64,000 nucleotides of DNA from Candidatus Campbellbacteria bacterium (GTDB lineage Bacteria; Patescibacteriota; Minisyncoccia; Phycocordibacterales; JAXHMZ01), in the NCBI GenBank assembly GCA_034521025.1, contig JAXHMZ010000003.1, positions 15,726 through 79,725 on the forward strand, in the 5' to 3' direction. Position 1 is the stretch's first letter. Each line of letters opens with the position of its first letter. Both the position numbers and the translations under genes were made by a program. Of this stretch, positions 60,854-64,000 are shown one piece after another. Under the pieces are notes generated by a model, which was not told the origin of the DNA, did no database searches, and saw nothing but the letters and a program-made list of their open reading frames with translations.

Positions 60854-61936
60854 ATGGAAATTATTCTTCTAGTGGCGATTCTGTTTTTAGTTGTTAGCGT
60901 AGTAGTTCTTGCAATATTGTTATTGCGAGTAAACAAAAAACTCAGCGGTAAGGACAATAATGACAGTCTGGTATTTTTGCAAAACCAGCTCAACGAGCTA
61001 TCTCGCACTTTGGATTCAAAACTAAGCGAGTCCTCGAAATCTATGAACGAATCCGTCAAAACTCAATTTTCGGAATCACAAAAGCTAATTCGTGACTTTA
61101 CTAACGACTTGAAAAGTATCACTAAGGAGATCACAGAAGTAAAGGAAACGAACAAGCAGGTTTTCACTATCACAGAAAGTCTGGAGAATTTGGAAAAGGT
61201 TTTAAAAAATCAGAAACAACGTGGCAGTTTGGGTGAAGCCGGACTAGAATTGATCCTTTCAAACGTTCTACCGCCGGACGCCTATCAACTTCAATACGGA
61301 TTCTCAAATGGAGATATAGCAGACGCGGTCATAAAAACAAAAGAAGGAATTATTTGTATTGACGCTAAGTTTTCTCTGGATAATTACAACCGCATCATTG
61401 CTGAAGAAGACAACACAAAGCGCGAGGCATTGGAAAAAGAATTTAGGAATGATCTAAAGCAGCGCATTGAAGAAACGGCCAAATACATAAAACCGGAGGA
61501 GGGAACATTGCCGTTCGCGATAATGTACATACCGGCTGAAGGTATTTATTACGACCTTCTGATAAACCAAGTAGGGTCAGTAAAGGTAAACACTCGAAGT
61601 TTAATTGAATACGCCTATAGAGATAAGAATGTAATAATAGTTTCTCCGACAACTTTTGTTGCTTATCTGCAAACCATCTTGCAGGGCTTTCGAGCTTTCA
61701 AAATTGAAGAGTCCGCCAAGAAGATCGGGAAGCGAGTTGAAGAGCTAAGGAGACACCTATTGGCTTATGAAGAACACCACAACAAACTTGGTAATACATT
61801 AGGAACGGCAGTGAATCACTTTAATAAAAGCGACAAATCATTTCGAATGATAGACAAGGACGTGCTCAGGATATCCGGAGAAGGGTTAGATCATGAGGTA
61901 TTAAATATCCCGAAACCGGACCAGGATGAAGAGTAA
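60854..61936 (+). CDS. rmuC: DNA recombination protein RmuC
   Basis: RGSLGE, IDAKFSL, FAIMYIPAEG, VSPTT. Confidence 0.92.
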   Translation: MEIILLVAILFLVVSVVVLAILLLRVNKKLSGKDNNDSLVFLQNQLNELSRTLDSKLSESSKSMNESVKTQFSESQKLIRDFTNDLKSITKEITEVKETNKQVFTITESLENLEKVLKNQKQRGSLGEAGLELILSNVLPPDAYQLQYGFSNGDIADAVIKTKEGIICIDAKFSLDNYNRIIAEEDNTKREALEKEFRNDLKQRIEETAKYIKPEEGTLPFAIMYIPAEGIYYDLLINQVGSVKVNTRSLIEYAYRDKNVIIVSPTTFVAYLQTILQGFRAFKIEESAKKIGKRVEELRRHLLAYEEHHNKLGNTLGTAVNHFNKSDKSFRMIDKDVLRISGEGLDHEVLNIPKPDQDEE

Positions 61937-61985
61937 GCCTTAATGGTCCTTGCAAAAAGCTTTAAATTTTGTAGAATAACTCCGT

Positions 61986-62297
61986 ATGAAACTCGCAGTA
62001 ATTGAATCAGGAGGAAAGCAATATACGGTACAAGAGGGAGATACTATTTCCATAGAGAAACTTGATGGCGTTTCTGAGGGCGATAGTGTTAATTTTGATA
62101 ATGTACTCCTAATAGCCGATGGAGACAAAGTCTCTCTCGGTAATCCTCTTGTAAAAGATAAAAAGGTTAGCGGAGTATTAAAGGAAAACAAAAAAGGCGA
62201 AAAGTTGCACGTTAGACAATTCCGATCTAAGAGTAGGTATCACCGCACTTATGGACACAGACAGCCGCTAGCAACAGTAGAAATTCAAAAAATATAA
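61986..62297 (+). CDS. rplU: 50S ribosomal protein L21
   Basis: AVIESGGKQYTV, GHRQP. Confidence 0.95.
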   Translation: MKLAVIESGGKQYTVQEGDTISIEKLDGVSEGDSVNFDNVLLIADGDKVSLGNPLVKDKKVSGVLKENKKGEKLHVRQFRSKSRYHRTYGHRQPLATVEIQKI

Positions 62298-62314
62298 GCA
62301 CCTAAAAAGGTGTT

Positions 62315-62929
62315 TTATTTTCGCGAACTCAGAGCGTAGCGAAGAGTATCTTTGTCAGAATACTCGAGCTCACTCCCAACGGAAAGCCCACGACCTAAAG
62401 TAGAGATCTTTAGTTTCTTACCGCCTTTAAATGACCTTATTTTCTTCGAAAGGTAATCATTAGTATTTTCACCTTCAGGAGTCAGGCTAAGAGCTAAAAC
62501 GATTTCTTCCAAACCTTTGTCTAAATAGAACTTAAGTGTTTCTTCCATCTCCACCAATCTTATTGACTCTTTTCGAGAACCTTGACGTGTAGCTAAAACA
62601 CCCCCCAGCACGAAATACTGTCCATTATACACCCCCGACTGTTCTATATGATCCAAATCAGCGTCCTTTTCCACTACCATAATGACCGTTTGGTCGCGAT
62701 GCGCTGAGGAGCAAATAGAACAAACATTTTCATTATTGACACTAAAGGACAATTTTTGGCACCGAGAACAGAATCTAGCGGCACTTTTTGTTTTTTCCAA
62801 AGACGTCACGAGTTCACGTACATAACTATCATCTTGCCTTACTATAAAATGAGAAAAACGCTGAGCTTGGCGTATGCCAATCCCAGGAAACTTACGAAAT
62901 AATTCTGTTAACTTTTCAAATTCGCTCAT
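62315..62929 (-). CDS. recR: Recombination mediator RecR
   Basis: FPGIGIRQAQR, C4 finger, YFVLGG, GSELEYSD. Confidence 0.93.
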   Translation of the reverse strand: MSEFEKLTELFRKFPGIGIRQAQRFSHFIVRQDDSYVRELVTSLEKTKSAARFCSRCQKLSFSVNNENVCSICSSAHRDQTVIMVVEKDADLDHIEQSGVYNGQYFVLGGVLATRQGSRKESIRLVEMEETLKFYLDKGLEEIVLALSLTPEGENTNDYLSKKIRSFKGGKKLKISTLGRGLSVGSELEYSDKDTLRYALSSRK

Positions 62930-62979
62930 ATCGAAAACAGGCGTGAAAACAAACTACCACATTTAAACTATTACAGATA

Positions 62980-64000
62980 TTAAAATCCGGGATCGAACTC
63001 CTCGGCAAATTGCCCATAATCACTTTTAGTGACACTGAGAAAGGAGCTTTTCTTCTCATCAAAGTAAAGTTCTACTCTTCCGACGGGACCATTTCTGTGC
63101 TTTTCTATAAGAACTTCCGCGATATTCGGACGTTCTGTGTCTTCGTTGAATTTGTCCTCACGATGAATGAACATAACGACGTCAGCGTCTTGTTCAATGG
63201 AACCGGAATCACGAAGGTCAGATAGACGCGGCTTACCTCCGCGGCTTTCCACGGCTCGAGATAACTGAGATAGAGCCAATACCGGAACATCCAACTCACG
63301 AGCTAAGTTCTTGAGAGACCGAGAGATCTCAGTAACCTGTTGCACTACGTTGTCAGAGTTCATAGAGCGCGTTGGAACCATCAATTGCAGATAATCAACA
63401 ATGATCAAACCTAATCCTTTTTCGCTCTTTAGACGTCTAGCTATAGAGCGCATTTTCAAAATGTTATTACCAGGTTGATCGTCAATATAAATTGGTGCTT
63501 TAGAAAGTTCGTTGAGAGCTTCTCTGATCTTATCGAACTCGGTATCCGCTGACAATTTTCCGGTGCGAAGCTTCCAGGCGTCCACTTGAGATTGAGCGGC
63601 TATCATACGGTCAATGAGTTGCTGAGAGCTCATCTCTAGCGAGAAAATTCCTACCGGCACTTGGCTTTTAAGAGAGGCTTGGCGGGCAATATCGAGAGCT
63701 AGGGAAGTCTTACCCATTGAAGGCCTGGCAGCAAGAATAATGAGGTCAGATTTTTGAAATCCCGCCAACATATGGTCGAGATCGTCGAATCCGGTCGATA
63801 TACCCCTCATTTCATCTTGAGAACTGTGCAGGCGTTCATATCTTTCAAACGCTTCACCTAATATGTCCCTCGAATCCAAAAACTTATTGGATCCGGCAAT
63901 GTTAGTTATGTCGAAAACTTGCTTTTCAGCGTTCTCTAGTGTCTCTTCGAGTTCAATTGAGTCTTCGTACGCATAGCGGGTTATTTCTTGGGCGGCCTTT
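62980..64000 (-). CDS. dnaB: Replicative DNA helicase (5'-truncated by window edge)
   Basis: AARPSMGKT, VDYLQL, LSQLSR, DLRDSGSIEQDAD. Confidence 0.96.
   Translation of the reverse strand, partial: KAAQEITRYAYEDSIELEETLENAEKQVFDITNIAGSNKFLDSRDILGEAFERYERLHSSQDEMRGISTGFDDLDHMLAGFQKSDLIILAARPSMGKTSLALDIARQASLKSQVPVGIFSLEMSSQQLIDRMIAAQSQVDAWKLRTGKLSADTEFDKIREALNELSKAPIYIDDQPGNNILKMRSIARRLKSEKGLGLIIVDYLQLMVPTRSMNSDNVVQQVTEISRSLKNLARELDVPVLALSQLSRAVESRGGKPRLSDLRDSGSIEQDADVVMFIHREDKFNEDTERPNIAEVLIEKHRNGPVGRVELYFDEKKSSFLSVTKSDYGQFAEEFDPGF

Noticed and set aside
14981-64000. Alternative genetic code (UGA=Gly) as in Gracilibacteria/Absconditabacteria
   Set aside because: Conserved genes are full length under code 11, and TGA serves as a stop (e.g. 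mreB at 40384)

Overview
The window consists of two unrelated segments joined at about 14,980. Segment A (1-~14,980) looks like Bacteroidales/Bacteroidota DNA (TAnnTTTG promoter motif, hydE) and has many frameshifts, probably sequencing indels. It carries hydE, an MNT-HEPN toxin-antitoxin pair, a TraR/DksA protein and a tyrosine recombinase with an unusual N-terminal extension. It also holds several tandem-repeat arrays, an integron-like gene cassette bounded by complementary core sites and a long hairpin, an IS3 element inserted in that core site, and a defence-island-like operon (XRE, MORC/GHKL-histidine kinase, receiver, unknown protein, N6-adenine MTase). Segment B (~14,981-64,000) has clean ORFs and looks like a Patescibacteria (CPR, Parcubacteria-like) chromosome. 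Its accessory region (~15-32 kb) includes a lysyl-oxidase-like protein, an Fe-S-less Nth, secreted Ig-like proteins, a four-gene putative surface-fibre locus and REP-like palindromes. Core genes follow: tRNA-Asn, hpf, fmt, def, priA, HTH-murA, two mreB, frr, rseP, proS, mreC, mrdA, greA, lysS, mraZ-rsmH-ftsL-ftsI-murF, tRNA-Glu with a downstream repeat array, trxB, gap, a P-type ATPase, rmuC, rplU, recR and dnaB. The best candidates for undescribed systems are a non-IntI integron-like cassette system, a donor-strand-type fibre locus in CPR, the kinase/receiver-linked RM island, and the tRNA-3'-end hairpin array. All calls come from reading motifs by eye; no database search was run.
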